Of a stretch of 32,000 bases of DNA, positions 10,359 through 19,923 are shown one piece after another. The notes beneath the pieces were generated by a model. The model was given only the letters and a program-made list of their open reading frames with translations. It ran no database searches and had not been told where the DNA came from. The translations under genes were made by a program, and so were the position numbers. The stretch lies in the NCBI RefSeq assembly GCF_002945325.1, contig NZ_CP026606.1, positions 1,350,001-1,382,000 on the forward strand. Reading direction: 5' to 3'. Position 1 is the stretch's first letter, and every line of letters starts with the position of its first letter. The stretch is from Methanococcus maripaludis (GTDB lineage Archaea > AGJL01 > Methanococci > Methanococcales > Methanococcaceae).

Positions 10359-10405
10359 CTGGAAGAATACCATTTTAAATTGTAATAAGAAAAGAAGGTG
10401 ATTCT

Positions 10406-10606
10406 ATGGCAGAACTTCCAGTTGCACCAATGGAGAGAATCCTAAAATCCGCAGGTGCTGAAAGAGTAAGTAGAGATGCAGCAGTAATGCTTGCAGAAGC
10501 ATTAGAAGAAATCGCAGTTGACGTAGCTAAAGAAGCAGTTAGTTTAGCTAAGCACGCAGGCAGAAAAACTATTAAAGCTGACGATTTGAAATTAGCAATG
10601 AAATAA
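10406..10606 (+). CDS. Archaeal histone (HMf family), 66 aa
   Basis: [22 protein letters not shown]...[19 protein letters not shown] is a full-length histone fold of typical archaeal size. Confidence 0.9.
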   Translation: MAELPVAPMERILKSAGAERVSRDAAVMLAEALEEIAVDVAKEAVSLAKHAGRKTIKADDLKLAMK

Positions 10607-10618
10607 TTACTTTAACAA

Positions 10619-10630
10619 TTTTTTTACTTT
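10619..10630 (+). terminator. Oligo-T terminator after the histone gene
   Basis: T7 (10619-10625) then T4, 13 nt after the stop codon. Confidence 0.5.
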
Positions 10631-10735
10631 TCTTTACTACTGCATGTTTTTGTATGTTATTGAATCGATATATAGTTGGTTATTATATTTTGTGAAAGAT
10701 TATTTTTTTAATATTATTCAAGTATGGTGGAAACC

Positions 10736-11470
10736 ATGTATGCTATCGGTATCGGTAAAAATCGAGATGAAGTTTTAATTGCTGTTGAAAACTTAAAAAA
10801 AGAAGGAATAAACGTTGAATTGGTTGAAAATCCCGAAGTTTTGATCGATGGATTGATTAATAATCGATACGAGGGTGCAGTTAGGGGTTCACTTTCTTCA
10901 AGCGAATTAATTCCAATTTTAAGGAAAAATATCGGGAAATTTTACAGAGCATCTATTTTAAAAAACCCGTTTACCAATAAAATTTTTATACTCGCTCCAG
11001 TTGGTATAGATGAGATTTCTGAAAGTCCTAAAATAAGATTCAGTGAAAAACTAGATATAATTAAATATTCATCAGAATTTTTAAAATCAATGGAAATGAT
11101 TCCAAAAGTTGGAATTTTATCTACAGGAAGGCTTTCAGATATTGGAAGGAGCAAAAAAATAGACGATTCCATAATTGAAGCTGAAAATCTTTTAAAACAT
11201 GTTAAATCTTTAGATATTTTTGAAAATTTAGAAATTGAACACAAAGGAATTTTAATTGAAGAATACTTAAAAGAAGGATGCAATATAATTCTTTCAGATG
11301 ACGGAATTTCTGGAAATCTTTTATTTAGGGCATTTGCGCTTGTTTGTGATATGGAAGGTTTTGGAGCTATTATTTTAAATAGTGAAAATATTAAGTATAT
11401 AGATACAAGTAGAAGCGGATCTTGGAAAAGATATTACAATGCGGTTAAATTTTTAAAAGAAGGTTTTTAA
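10736..11470 (+). CDS. MtxX-like / methanogen-marker protein with PlsX/Pta-like fold (function unknown)
   Basis: GGTGG (10726-10730) precedes ATG 10736; the track start 10724 lies inside the SD. A DDGISGNLLFRA motif recalls the PlsX/Pta/PdxA-type fold. The family name is from memory only. Confidence 0.4.
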   Translation: MYAIGIGKNRDEVLIAVENLKKEGINVELVENPEVLIDGLINNRYEGAVRGSLSSSELIPILRKNIGKFYRASILKNPFTNKIFILAPVGIDEISESPKIRFSEKLDIIKYSSEFLKSMEMIPKVGILSTGRLSDIGRSKKIDDSIIEAENLLKHVKSLDIFENLEIEHKGILIEEYLKEGCNIILSDDGISGNLLFRAFALVCDMEGFGAIILNSENIKYIDTSRSGSWKRYYNAVKFLKEGF

Positions 11471-11486
11471 AAACTTTGGTGGTATT

Positions 11487-12281
11487 TTGCCGTTATTTAA
11501 ATGTTATGAATATTTGAGCAAGTTTGGGGCACTAAAACTCTACGAACGGGAATTAGAATCAAAAATTTCCAAATTTCCCCCTCCAAAACACGTTGGAATT
11601 ATAATGGATGGTAACCGAAGGCTTGCAAAAAAATTGGGCGAAAATCCCGAAATTGGTCATAATTTGGGTGCTTCAAAGGTTCACGAAGTTATAAACTGGT
11701 GCGTCTCATTGAAAATACCAACTATTACACTTTATGCATTTTCTTTGGAGAATTTTGAGCGGCCAGAAAAAGAAGTAAAAGTTTTGATGGACCTTTTTGA
11801 AAGAGAATTTATTGAAATTGCAGATCACCCTGATGTTCATAAAGATAAAATTCGTGTAAGCGTTATTGGAAGAAGAGAAATGCTTCCCAAGTATGTTCAA
11901 AAAGCAATTAATTATGCAGAAGATAAAACAAAAAATTATTCAAATTATTTTGTCAACTTTGCAATCGCATACGGGGGACAGCAGGAAATAATTGACAGTG
12001 TTAAAAAAATTGCAAAACATGTAAAAAACGGTGAAATAGAAATTGAAGATATAAATATTGACTTAATTTCTAAAAATTTATACACGGGGGACCTTCCCTC
12101 ACCAAATCCTGATTTAATTATTCGAACGTCAGGTGAAGAGAGAATAAGTAATTTTTTAACATGGCAGTCCTGTTATTCAGAACTATATTTTTGTGAAACA
12201 TACTGGCCGACATTTAGAAAAGTTGACTTACTGAGGTCCATTCGGGAATATCAAAAACGCGAACGAAGATATGGGAAGTGA
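11487..12281 (+). CDS. uppS: cis-Prenyltransferase (undecaprenyl/ polyprenyl diphosphate synthase)
   Basis: Signatures HVGIIMDGNRRLAKK and IRTSGEERISNFLTWQ. The first in-frame ATG lies inside the conserved MDGNRR motif. TTG 11487, 3 nt after GGTGGT (11478-11483), is therefore the start. Confidence 0.9.
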   Translation: MPLFKCYEYLSKFGALKLYERELESKISKFPPPKHVGIIMDGNRRLAKKLGENPEIGHNLGASKVHEVINWCVSLKIPTITLYAFSLENFERPEKEVKVLMDLFEREFIEIADHPDVHKDKIRVSVIGRREMLPKYVQKAINYAEDKTKNYSNYFVNFAIAYGGQQEIIDSVKKIAKHVKNGEIEIEDINIDLISKNLYTGDLPSPNPDLIIRTSGEERISNFLTWQSCYSELYFCETYWPTFRKVDLLRSIREYQKRERRYGK

Positions 12282-12284
12282 ATC

Positions 12285-12752
12285 ATGAGATATTTGTTTA
12301 TTTTATTAATTTCTTTAATCCTCGTTTTTAGTGGATGTATCAATGAGAATATTATCTCCGAATCAGACGAAACTTTATTTTTAAATAATACTTCATCCGA
12401 AAATCCGAATATTGAAGTAGAATTAAATAATAATTTTGAATCAGACAATAGTTCCGAAATTGAATTACTATCCTTTAAGATATTGGAATTTGGAATATAT
12501 GGGGATTCGTACAAGCATTATGAAAGCAGCATAACTGGGGATAAAACCGTTATCGAAGTTTACATGGGCAAAAAATTAGGTTCTGACAATATTATAGAAA
12601 TTAATTCGATAAATTTAGAAAATGGCGTATTAATCGTTTACGTTGAAGAAATAACGCCTGAAACTGTTTCCGATAGGGCAATTGTTTACCCTTACGAGAT
12701 AGTTGAAGTGAATGGAATTTACAATAAAGTTGAATTTAAAACAATCGAGTAG
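12285..12752 (+). CDS. Small secreted/lipoprotein-like protein of unknown function
   Basis: N-terminal signal peptide MRYLFILLISLILVFSGC has a lipobox-like SGC. An acidic Asn/Ser/Glu-rich linker follows, then a beta-rich C-terminal half. ATG follows GTGA, 3 nt after the uppS stop. Confidence 0.5.
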   Translation: MRYLFILLISLILVFSGCINENIISESDETLFLNNTSSENPNIEVELNNNFESDNSSEIELLSFKILEFGIYGDSYKHYESSITGDKTVIEVYMGKKLGSDNIIEINSINLENGVLIVYVEEITPETVSDRAIVYPYEIVEVNGIYNKVEFKTIE

Positions 12753-12761
12753 TGATCAACC

Positions 12762-13562
12762 TTGTTAGAGATAGTATTTCTTGGGGGCGGAGGGGGCCGA
12801 TGGGAGAGTATAACTCAAGTTAAAGGAACCGGGGGCTTTAGAATCCATTCTGAAAATATGAATATGCACGTTGACCCTGGAACCGGGGCTTTGGTTAGAA
12901 TGAATCAGCTCCAGATTAACCCTTGGAAAACTGACGCAATAATTGCCACGCACTGTCACCCTGATCACTACACCGATGCAGAGTGTCTGGTTGAAGCAAT
13001 GACAAAAGGCATGACCAAAAAACAAGGCATTTTGATTGGTAATAATTCTGTTTTAAATGGAAACAGCAGGTTTGAAAAAGGCATTTCAACGTACCACCAA
13101 TCCAGAGTTGGGGAAAGGCATGTTTTAGGACCTTGTGACGAATTAAATATAAAAAACTGGAACATAACTGCAACAAAAACAAAACATAACGATCCTGAAA
13201 CAATAGGATTTAAAATGGAAATTGAAGATGGGATAATTGGTTATACTTCGGATTCGGAATATATTGATTCATTAATTGAAGATTTTGATTCTGTAGATTT
13301 TTTAATTGCAAATGTAATTCGTGTTAAGGGTCAAAAAGTGCCCGGTCACATGTGTTCAAACGATATAATTGAAGTAGTAAATTCGATGAATAAAAAGCCA
13401 AAAATGCTCACGATGTACCACATGGGAATGAAAATGACTGACCCGGATTCTGAAGCAAGATATATTTCAAAAAATGTTGATATTCCAGTAATTCCTGCCA
13501 AAATCGGTTTAAAAGTAATTCTTGAAAATAAAACTTGTAAATTTGATTATATTACCTACTAA
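12762..13562 (+). CDS. Metallo-beta-lactamase-fold hydrolase
   Basis: TTG start lies 4 nt after GTGATC. The HxHxDH motif is present as THCHPDHY, with later H/D residues. Confidence 0.7.
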   Translation: MLEIVFLGGGGGRWESITQVKGTGGFRIHSENMNMHVDPGTGALVRMNQLQINPWKTDAIIATHCHPDHYTDAECLVEAMTKGMTKKQGILIGNNSVLNGNSRFEKGISTYHQSRVGERHVLGPCDELNIKNWNITATKTKHNDPETIGFKMEIEDGIIGYTSDSEYIDSLIEDFDSVDFLIANVIRVKGQKVPGHMCSNDIIEVVNSMNKKPKMLTMYHMGMKMTDPDSEARYISKNVDIPVIPAKIGLKVILENKTCKFDYITY

Positions 13563-13579
13563 ACTAATTTTTTTCAACA

Positions 13580-13975
13580 TTATTTTAGATAACCCTGAAG
13601 TTCAAAGTGATTGTGCTGTTTTACAAGAATTATTGGAGTTCCAATATCAATTAAGTCTTTTTTTAGTTTTTTATCATTAGTACAGATTATAACATCTTTG
13701 TTTTCGTTAGAATAGTTTAAAATCATTTCATCTGCATATTTTCCGTTTGAATATTCAATAATTTCAAAATTTTTGGCATATTTTAGTGCAATGTTCACAG
13801 AAAGCTTTTCTTTTCCTTTAAATTCCAATTTTAATTTTTCAAGTTCTTTTAAAACGCAATCCATAATATATATTTTGTAACCTCTATCGATGGCAATATT
13901 TAATTCGTATTCAAAATTTATGCCCTGTTTAAATGCATAAATTAAAAAATTGGTGTCTGGAATTACTCTGTACAT
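13580..13975 (-). CDS. PIN-domain nuclease, Fcf1/Utp24-like (COG1412 type)
   Basis: N-terminal VIPDTNFLIY, central VLKELEKL and C-terminal ICTNDKKLKKDL supply the acidic PIN triad in Fcf1-like spacing. The gene starts 9 nt after the rad50 stop. Confidence 0.65.
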   Translation of the reverse strand: MYRVIPDTNFLIYAFKQGINFEYELNIAIDRGYKIYIMDCVLKELEKLKLEFKGKEKLSVNIALKYAKNFEIIEYSNGKYADEMILNYSNENKDVIICTNDKKLKKDLIDIGTPIILVKQHNHFELQGYLK

Positions 13976-13984
13976 TTTTTTAAC

Positions 13985-16966
13985 CTATTCTAAAGATATT
14001 TTTGAATTTTCGCCGATTTTTCTAACTTTTACAATGTTATCTGCAATCTGTTCGAGTTCTTGATGGTGTGTAATTATTGCCATCTGGTTTATTGTTTTTA
14101 TGTTTTTGAATATATTTAAAAGATTTTTACGCCTATCTTCATCGAGATACGCTGTTGGTTCATCTAAAATGATACATTCGATATTATTACATACTGCTTT
14201 AGAAATTCCAAGCCTTAATGCAAGAGATACTGCAATCTGCTCCCCCCCACTCAAGGTTTCAACAGGAAGGCCGTCAACTATCAAGCTGTAATCGTCTTTT
14301 AACTGGATATGCGAATATGGAAGTTCAAATTCCTGAAAAATCTGGTTTGTGTGCCTTTGAATTAATGGAATATACTTTTCTCTTAAATACTTCTGAAAAC
14401 CATCTTTTGAAAAGATTTCTCTTTTTATTTTATCGAGATATTCTTTAAATTCTTCAATTTTTCTTCTTTCTTCTTTTTTATTCGACAGATTTTGAATTTT
14501 TTCATTTAAATAAATTATATTCTCATTTTTAAGTTTTAATTCAGAAGTTATTCTCTCTAAAGTTCTTGAAATATCATTAAATTCATTAAATATATTTTCA
14601 TAAACTTTTTTAGCGTTTTCATGCATTTCAGGATTGTAGTTTACGCTCTGAATATTTTTTTCAATTGTTAATCGTGTTTCAAGGAGTTTTTCACAAAAAT
14701 GCTCTTTTTCAGCAATTTTTTGGTTTAAAAACTCATTTAAATTGTTTATTTCAACAGAATATGTTTTTGAATAATTTTTAAGAACTGCCAGACTTTCCAT
14801 ATATTTTTCATAACTTTTTTTACATTCTGATAATTTGTTTTCAAAATCTGATTTTTCAGCTTCCCATTTAACGTAACATTCAACAATTCCAATTTTTGAA
14901 GAAATATCGTTTTGAATATTTTTTAATTCCGTTTTTAGGTTAATTTCTCTTTCTAAATTGTAAATAATGTTTTTTAATTCATCTTTTAAATTTTCAAGGG
15001 ATTTTTTTTCATTTTCAATTTTTGAAGAATCGTAATCTCCAATAATTTTTGAAAGTTCCAATTTTTTATTTAAAATTTCAGATTCTTCATTTTTAGTTAA
15101 AAATTGGGCAGAATAATTGTAATTTTTATAATCTTTTTCCAAATCTTTTAATTTATTTTCAATTAAACTTATTTCGTCATTCAGTGAAGAATATTCGTTA
15201 ATTTTTCCAATTAATTCGTTTAATTTTTCAGTAGTTTCGATTATCGATTCTTCAACTTTTAAAGAATAATTCTTTTTTTCTTTTAATTCCCCGTATTTTA
15301 ATTTGAAAGAATCAATTTCATTTAATTTAACTTTGATATGCTCTTTTTTGTTTAATATGATTTCAAGCTGTTTTTTAAGACTTTCAGTTGATAATTTTTC
15401 ATTTTCAATTTCAGAATTATATTTTTCAAGTAATTCCTGCTTTTTTTCTTCACTTATTTTGGACTGACACACATGACACGAATCTTTGGTTTTTTCAAGC
15501 TCTGCTTTAGAATTTTTAGTTTCTGAAATTTTACTTTCTTTTTTCAAAACGATTTCATTTAATTTATCTATTTTTTCAGATAAATCTTCATATTTTTCTT
15601 TAAATTCAATTTCTAGATTTATTTTTTCTTCTATTTTTTTTAAATCAGTTAATTCAGAAATTAATTTTGTTTTTTCATCAGTTTCGTTTTGAAATTTTTT
15701 TTCAAGGTCATTTTTTTCTTTTAAAAGATTTTCATAACTATTTTTTTTAGTTTTTAGTTCTTCAAAAGTTTTAATCGAGTCATCGTAAATTTTAACACTA
15801 TCAAAAAGAGTTTCCACTGTTTTTTTGTGGATTTTTATTTCATAAATCTGTTTTTCAATAAATTCTAATTCCTTAATTTTTTCTTTTATTTTATCCAAAA
15901 TTAGAATTTTTTCTTCATTTTCTTTTAAATTTTCTTTCAATTCATCAGGATTTTTTTTATTATCTTTTAAAGATTCTTCTAAGTTATTTAATTCTTTTAT
16001 TAACGATTCTTCAATTGTTTTTAGTTTATTATATGATTCATAGTTGGATTTGTGGTTTATTAACTTATTCTTCAATTCTTTAATGTTTAATTCAAGTTCT
16101 AAATATTTTTTGTAATTTTCTTCATTTTTAGATATGTTTTTTGATTCTTCAACAACTAAACTTAGTGAATTTTTGAAATTTTGAATTTCTAAATTTATAT
16201 TTTTAATTTCTGAAATAACATCCTTTAAATTTTCTTTTAACCGGTTATTTTCAGCAAATTTTTCTTCCATATGGGTTAATTCTGAATTTTTTTCAAGTTT
16301 TAGTTTTTCTAAATTTCCATATTTTTTTAATATTTCTTCTTTTAAAATTTCAGATTCAGAAACTTCAATTTTTAATTTTTCAAGATTTTCCAAAATTTCA
16401 GGTTCCTGAGTTAGCTCCCCTTCAAGTTTCAAAAGCGTTTCTTCATAGCTCTTTTTTACAATATTCATTTTTTCAGAGGCTTTTTCATATTTTTCAATTC
16501 CAAGAAGCTTTCCAATAACCTCTTTTCTATCTCTTGGAGTCATCTGGATTAAATTTGCAATTTCGCCCTGTTTTATATATATTGCATTTGAAAATACGCT
16601 GTTATCAATTTCTAATATTTCTTCCATTTTTTTGTTGATTTCAGATGCAGATTCCGCATTTAATTTTCCGTTAACGTATAATTTGTCATCTGTTTTATTT
16701 TGAAACCTTTTTCTTTTTACAAGATATGTATTTCCCATCATTTCAAATTCTAATTCTACAGAAAAAGATGCAGAGCCCTGTTGCATTAAATTTTCAATCC
16801 TAAAATTGTTTCCACGCGGAGCAAAAAGTGCAAAATTCATTGCTTGAAAAATTGACGACTTTCCACTTCCATTTTGCCCAATTATTGAAGTTATTCCTTT
16901 GTTAAAATTTATCGAGGTGTTTCTGTGGCTTCTGAAGTTTTCCATTTTGATATTTTTAATAATCAT
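13985..16966 (-). CDS. rad50: DNA double-strand break repair ATPase Rad50
   Basis: Walker A GQNGSGKSS, a ~700-aa K/E/N-rich coiled coil, a central CxxC zinc hook CHVC (15467-15478), signature LSGGEQ and Walker B CIILDEP. I prefer ATG 16966 (MIIKNIKMENFRSH) to the track start 17005, which would overlap mre11. ATG 16966 lies 13 nt after the mre11 stop, behind a G-rich AAGGGGG. Confidence 0.9.
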   Translation of the reverse strand: MIIKNIKMENFRSHRNTSINFNKGITSIIGQNGSGKSSIFQAMNFALFAPRGNNFRIENLMQQGSASFSVELEFEMMGNTYLVKRKRFQNKTDDKLYVNGKLNAESASEINKKMEEILEIDNSVFSNAIYIKQGEIANLIQMTPRDRKEVIGKLLGIEKYEKASEKMNIVKKSYEETLLKLEGELTQEPEILENLEKLKIEVSESEILKEEILKKYGNLEKLKLEKNSELTHMEEKFAENNRLKENLKDVISEIKNINLEIQNFKNSLSLVVEESKNISKNEENYKKYLELELNIKELKNKLINHKSNYESYNKLKTIEESLIKELNNLEESLKDNKKNPDELKENLKENEEKILILDKIKEKIKELEFIEKQIYEIKIHKKTVETLFDSVKIYDDSIKTFEELKTKKNSYENLLKEKNDLEKKFQNETDEKTKLISELTDLKKIEEKINLEIEFKEKYEDLSEKIDKLNEIVLKKESKISETKNSKAELEKTKDSCHVCQSKISEEKKQELLEKYNSEIENEKLSTESLKKQLEIILNKKEHIKVKLNEIDSFKLKYGELKEKKNYSLKVEESIIETTEKLNELIGKINEYSSLNDEISLIENKLKDLEKDYKNYNYSAQFLTKNEESEILNKKLELSKIIGDYDSSKIENEKKSLENLKDELKNIIYNLEREINLKTELKNIQNDISSKIGIVECYVKWEAEKSDFENKLSECKKSYEKYMESLAVLKNYSKTYSVEINNLNEFLNQKIAEKEHFCEKLLETRLTIEKNIQSVNYNPEMHENAKKVYENIFNEFNDISRTLERITSELKLKNENIIYLNEKIQNLSNKKEERRKIEEFKEYLDKIKREIFSKDGFQKYLREKYIPLIQRHTNQIFQEFELPYSHIQLKDDYSLIVDGLPVETLSGGEQIAVSLALRLGISKAVCNNIECIILDEPTAYLDEDRRKNLLNIFKNIKTINQMAIITHHQELEQIADNIVKVRKIGENSKISLE

Positions 16967-16979
16967 TAACTGCGCCCCC

Positions 16980-18098
16980 TTAGTAATTACCTTTAAAATA
17001 GTCATTTACGTAAAGCAATGAATCTTCATCGTTTTCTAAAAGCTTTTTATAGAGTCCATAAACGAAATTTACATCCATTTCTTTATTTTTAATATATTCC
17101 TGGAAAATTTCTTCAATGCTGCTTTCATTAATGATTAAAGATTCTTCAAGGTTTTCATCAATCCTGCTTATTCGTTTGTAGAGTGTTAAATCGGCAATTT
17201 CATCGTTAAATGAATTAAATAAATTTTCAACGATATCACAGTATAAAACTGGCTTTTTCTTTTCATTCTGCAAACTTTGGAGTTCTTTAATTGTTTTTTC
17301 GTAATCATTTTCATTCTTAATTTTTTTATCGATCAAGAAATTTCTGCATTCAACGTCGATCTTTTGAATTGAATTAATATCAAAATCCCCGCTTAAATCC
17401 CCTAAATAAAATCCTTTTCCATTTTTTTTGTAATCTTTAACTTCACTAACAGACATGATATCCGTTGACCCGGCATAAGAAAATACTGAATTTCCATCAT
17501 TGATTGGTTTTAATGCTCTTTGATGAATGTGGCCTCCTGCAATATAGTTAAAATCATCTGGAAAGTCGGTAACTTGCATTTCAAAGCTTTGCGGGATAAA
17601 TGGGTTCACGCTCTGGTGAAATAAAAGTATCTTTTTTTTGTAATTTTTAGAATCAGAATTGATTTTTTCCAAGTCTTCGTAAGTTTTTGGAATTTTGTTT
17701 TGGGATACGTATTCAATTCCCCCAATGAAGACTTCGTTGTTAAAAACATGGGACTTATTTTTTCCAAAAGTTAGTAAACTGTTTCCAAGTATTTTTTTCA
17801 AAAGTCCAAACGGTTTTCCTTTCTGTTGGCTTTTTGGAATGTCGTGATTTCCATGGATTAAATAAATTGGTATATTTTTTTCCTTTAATTTTAATAATCC
17901 TTCCATTGCACACCTTATTGCATTTACTGGAGGCTGCGGGCTTTCAAATAAGTCGCCACTATGAATTACAAAATCAGGGCGTATCTCAATAATTTTATCG
18001 ATACATTCTAAAAATGATTCGTAAATATCGTTTTCCCGCTCGTCAAGGCTGTACTGGCGGTATCCGAGGTGATTATCCGCCATGTGAACAAATTGCAT
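16980..18098 (-). CDS. mre11: DNA double-strand break repair nuclease Mre11
   Basis: Calcineurin-like phosphoesterase motifs HMADNHLG, SGDLFE, HGNHD and GGHIHQ. Confidence 0.9.
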   Translation of the reverse strand: MQFVHMADNHLGYRQYSLDERENDIYESFLECIDKIIEIRPDFVIHSGDLFESPQPPVNAIRCAMEGLLKLKEKNIPIYLIHGNHDIPKSQQKGKPFGLLKKILGNSLLTFGKNKSHVFNNEVFIGGIEYVSQNKIPKTYEDLEKINSDSKNYKKKILLFHQSVNPFIPQSFEMQVTDFPDDFNYIAGGHIHQRALKPINDGNSVFSYAGSTDIMSVSEVKDYKKNGKGFYLGDLSGDFDINSIQKIDVECRNFLIDKKIKNENDYEKTIKELQSLQNEKKKPVLYCDIVENLFNSFNDEIADLTLYKRISRIDENLEESLIINESSIEEIFQEYIKNKEMDVNFVYGLYKKLLENDEDSLLYVNDYFKGNY

Positions 18099-18200
18099 AA
18101 TATCGCTCCAAAATTACTTAAGTTAACATTCAACCGTATTTGTTAAATATTTTTTTATATTATTGTACCATCAATCATTTTAAAATAAAATGTGAAACCC

Positions 18201-18995
18201 ATGAAACAGGAACCCCTAGAACTCGGACTGAAAATTGAAGATGCGATTTTGGTAAATGAAAAGTTGAAAGATTTTGTCGTGTATAAATCTGGAAAACCAA
18301 GAATTGATTTTAAGAATAAAGAAGCAATGAAAGAATATAATATTGCAATATTGGACCATGTTTTTGGATTAAATATGGATTTTCATGAAGATGCACTCAT
18401 TCCGACACCCATTAACAGGTACTTATTTATAAAAAATATTTTTGATGAAAAAGATGACATTAAAGATGTTCTCGAGATTGGAACGGGTTCTGGAATCATC
18501 TCAATATTGATTGCAAAATATTTTGAGTGTAATGTCACTGCAACAGACACGGTTTCTGATTATTTAAAAATTGCAGAAGGAAATATTTCAAAAAATAATC
18601 TTACTTCAAAAATAAATTTGATAGATTCAAAGGGAAAAATAATTTTTGATATTCCAGAATTAAAAAACAAAAAATTTGATTTAATAATATCCTACCCTCC
18701 ATACTATGCAGATAATTCAGTTGCATCAAAAAGAAGTTTTGGCGGAGCTTTTGCAAGCGAAGTTGAATTAATCGGTGGCGGGGCTTATGGGGAAGTATTT
18801 TCTCAAAAGATAATCGAAGAAGGAATGGATCATTTAAATAATGGTGGAATCGTTGCAATAATGTTTCCAGAAAAGCCTTTCGAGCGAAGAAAACTTGTCG
18901 AAGATAAAATTTTGGAACTCGGACTAAAACTTGAAAAATCAGAAATAACGACTGGAAAAAGAATCAGGCATATTATAAAAGCTAAAAAAGAATAA
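18201..18995 (+). CDS. SAM-dependent methyltransferase with (S)PPY motif (N6-adenine / N5-glutamine type, RlmF/METTL16- or HemK-like)
   Basis: Motif I LEIGTGSGIISI and motif IV ISYPPYY. Start is ATG 18201 or GTG 18192. Confidence 0.65.
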   Translation: MKQEPLELGLKIEDAILVNEKLKDFVVYKSGKPRIDFKNKEAMKEYNIAILDHVFGLNMDFHEDALIPTPINRYLFIKNIFDEKDDIKDVLEIGTGSGIISILIAKYFECNVTATDTVSDYLKIAEGNISKNNLTSKINLIDSKGKIIFDIPELKNKKFDLIISYPPYYADNSVASKRSFGGAFASEVELIGGGAYGEVFSQKIIEEGMDHLNNGGIVAIMFPEKPFERRKLVEDKILELGLKLEKSEITTGKRIRHIIKAKKE

Positions 18996-19012
18996 TATGC
19001 ATATAATTTATT

Positions 19013-19207
19013 TTATAATATCGTATACCCAAGTATTTCTATTTTTGAAAGAATTTCAAAAGATCTATCTTCAATTCTTGGTTTGATTGCCCCATATTTT
19101 TTTAAAAGTATTTCTTTTGCCTCAAATGGATTTTCAGCTTCAATATTTTCTGTTTTTATAATATCCTCATCGCCAGTGAAAAAAAGCTTTATTTTGTAAC
19201 TTTTCAT
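19013..19207 (-). CDS. Hypothetical small protein (64 aa)
   Basis: ATG lies 5 nt after GAGGGGG, and the ORF fills the gap between convergent/tandem genes. I recognise no motif. Confidence 0.4.
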   Translation of the reverse strand: MKSYKIKLFFTGDEDIIKTENIEAENPFEAKEILLKKYGAIKPRIEDRSFEILSKIEILGYTIL

Positions 19208-19334
19208 GAATTCCCCCTCAAAAAACTCAATAATAAATTTGTGTTTTAAACGGGTTAAAGTAATTTTTGTTTGATCAAATCAAATTTCAAAAAAAGTATT
19301 TTTGGAATATTTCTTAATTTTTAAATTTGTTAAG

Positions 19335-19817
19335 TTATTCGTTTATTTTTTCAAGAACCAGTTTTACTGCACCGTCAAGGGATGCTTTAACTTCTTCAGT
19401 CAATCCAACTTCGATATCAGGCATTGTTACCCTCTTTGCTTGACATCCGATAACTGTTACATCGATTCCAGATTCTTTCGCTTTTATTAAGTAGTCTGAA
19501 AGAGGCATATCATGTGCATCAAAGGTGTATTTGTCTATTTTTGTGAGATCTTCAGTTGATAATATTTTTAGGGTTCCAGGGGGGAGCTGAAAATCAATAA
19601 TGTCGACAATAATAATTTTTTTAGTATTGCACTCTTCATCCATTATTGACATTAAATAATAAGGTGCTCCAGTTCCTGCATCAATTAGTCCAACGTTTTT
19701 AGGAAGCTCCATCTTTTCAAGCTTTGAAATTACTTCGTATCCAAAACCATCATCTGCGAATATCAAATTTCCGCAACCAAAAACTAAAATCTCGTATTTT
19801 AAAGAATCGGGGATCAT
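19335..19817 (-). CDS. [NiFe]-hydrogenase maturation endopeptidase (FrhD/HycI family)
   Basis: ILVFGCGNLIFADDGFGYEV, IDAGTGAP and a later FDAHD are typical of this peptidase family. ATG 19817 lies 4 nt after GGTGAT; the track start 19829 lies inside the SD. Confidence 0.8.
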   Translation of the reverse strand: MIPDSLKYEILVFGCGNLIFADDGFGYEVISKLEKMELPKNVGLIDAGTGAPYYLMSIMDEECNTKKIIIVDIIDFQLPPGTLKILSTEDLTKIDKYTFDAHDMPLSDYLIKAKESGIDVTVIGCQAKRVTMPDIEVGLTEEVKASLDGAVKLVLEKINE

Positions 19818-19923
19818 ATCTATCACCAAAAAATCAGTTCAAAATTTATTTATCCTTTTATATCTAAGTGCATATATAATCTAGGTATATTATTTTATAG
19901 GAATCGGTTATAAGGGTAAGAAA

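Noticed and set aside
10273-10401. 42-codon ORF ([42 protein letters not shown]) upstream of the histone gene
   Set aside because: It has no SD and an N/K/Y-rich composition typical of translated AT-rich spacer. It overlaps the histone BRE/TATA and SD, and its length is within chance expectation for this gap.
14450-16400. Very AT-rich, repetitive-looking DNA that could be mistaken for a tandem repeat or CRISPR-like array
   Set aside because: It is the continuous open reading frame of the Rad50 coiled coil (K/E/N/L heptad-like sequence). There are no identical direct repeats with unique spacers.
16967-17005. Longer Rad50 start (MTILKVITKGAQL...) overlapping the mre11 3' end
   Set aside because: The extension is the mre11 C-terminal region read in another frame. 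ATG 16966 gives the canonical MxIxxIxxxNFRSH Rad50 N-terminus and sits just after the mre11 stop.
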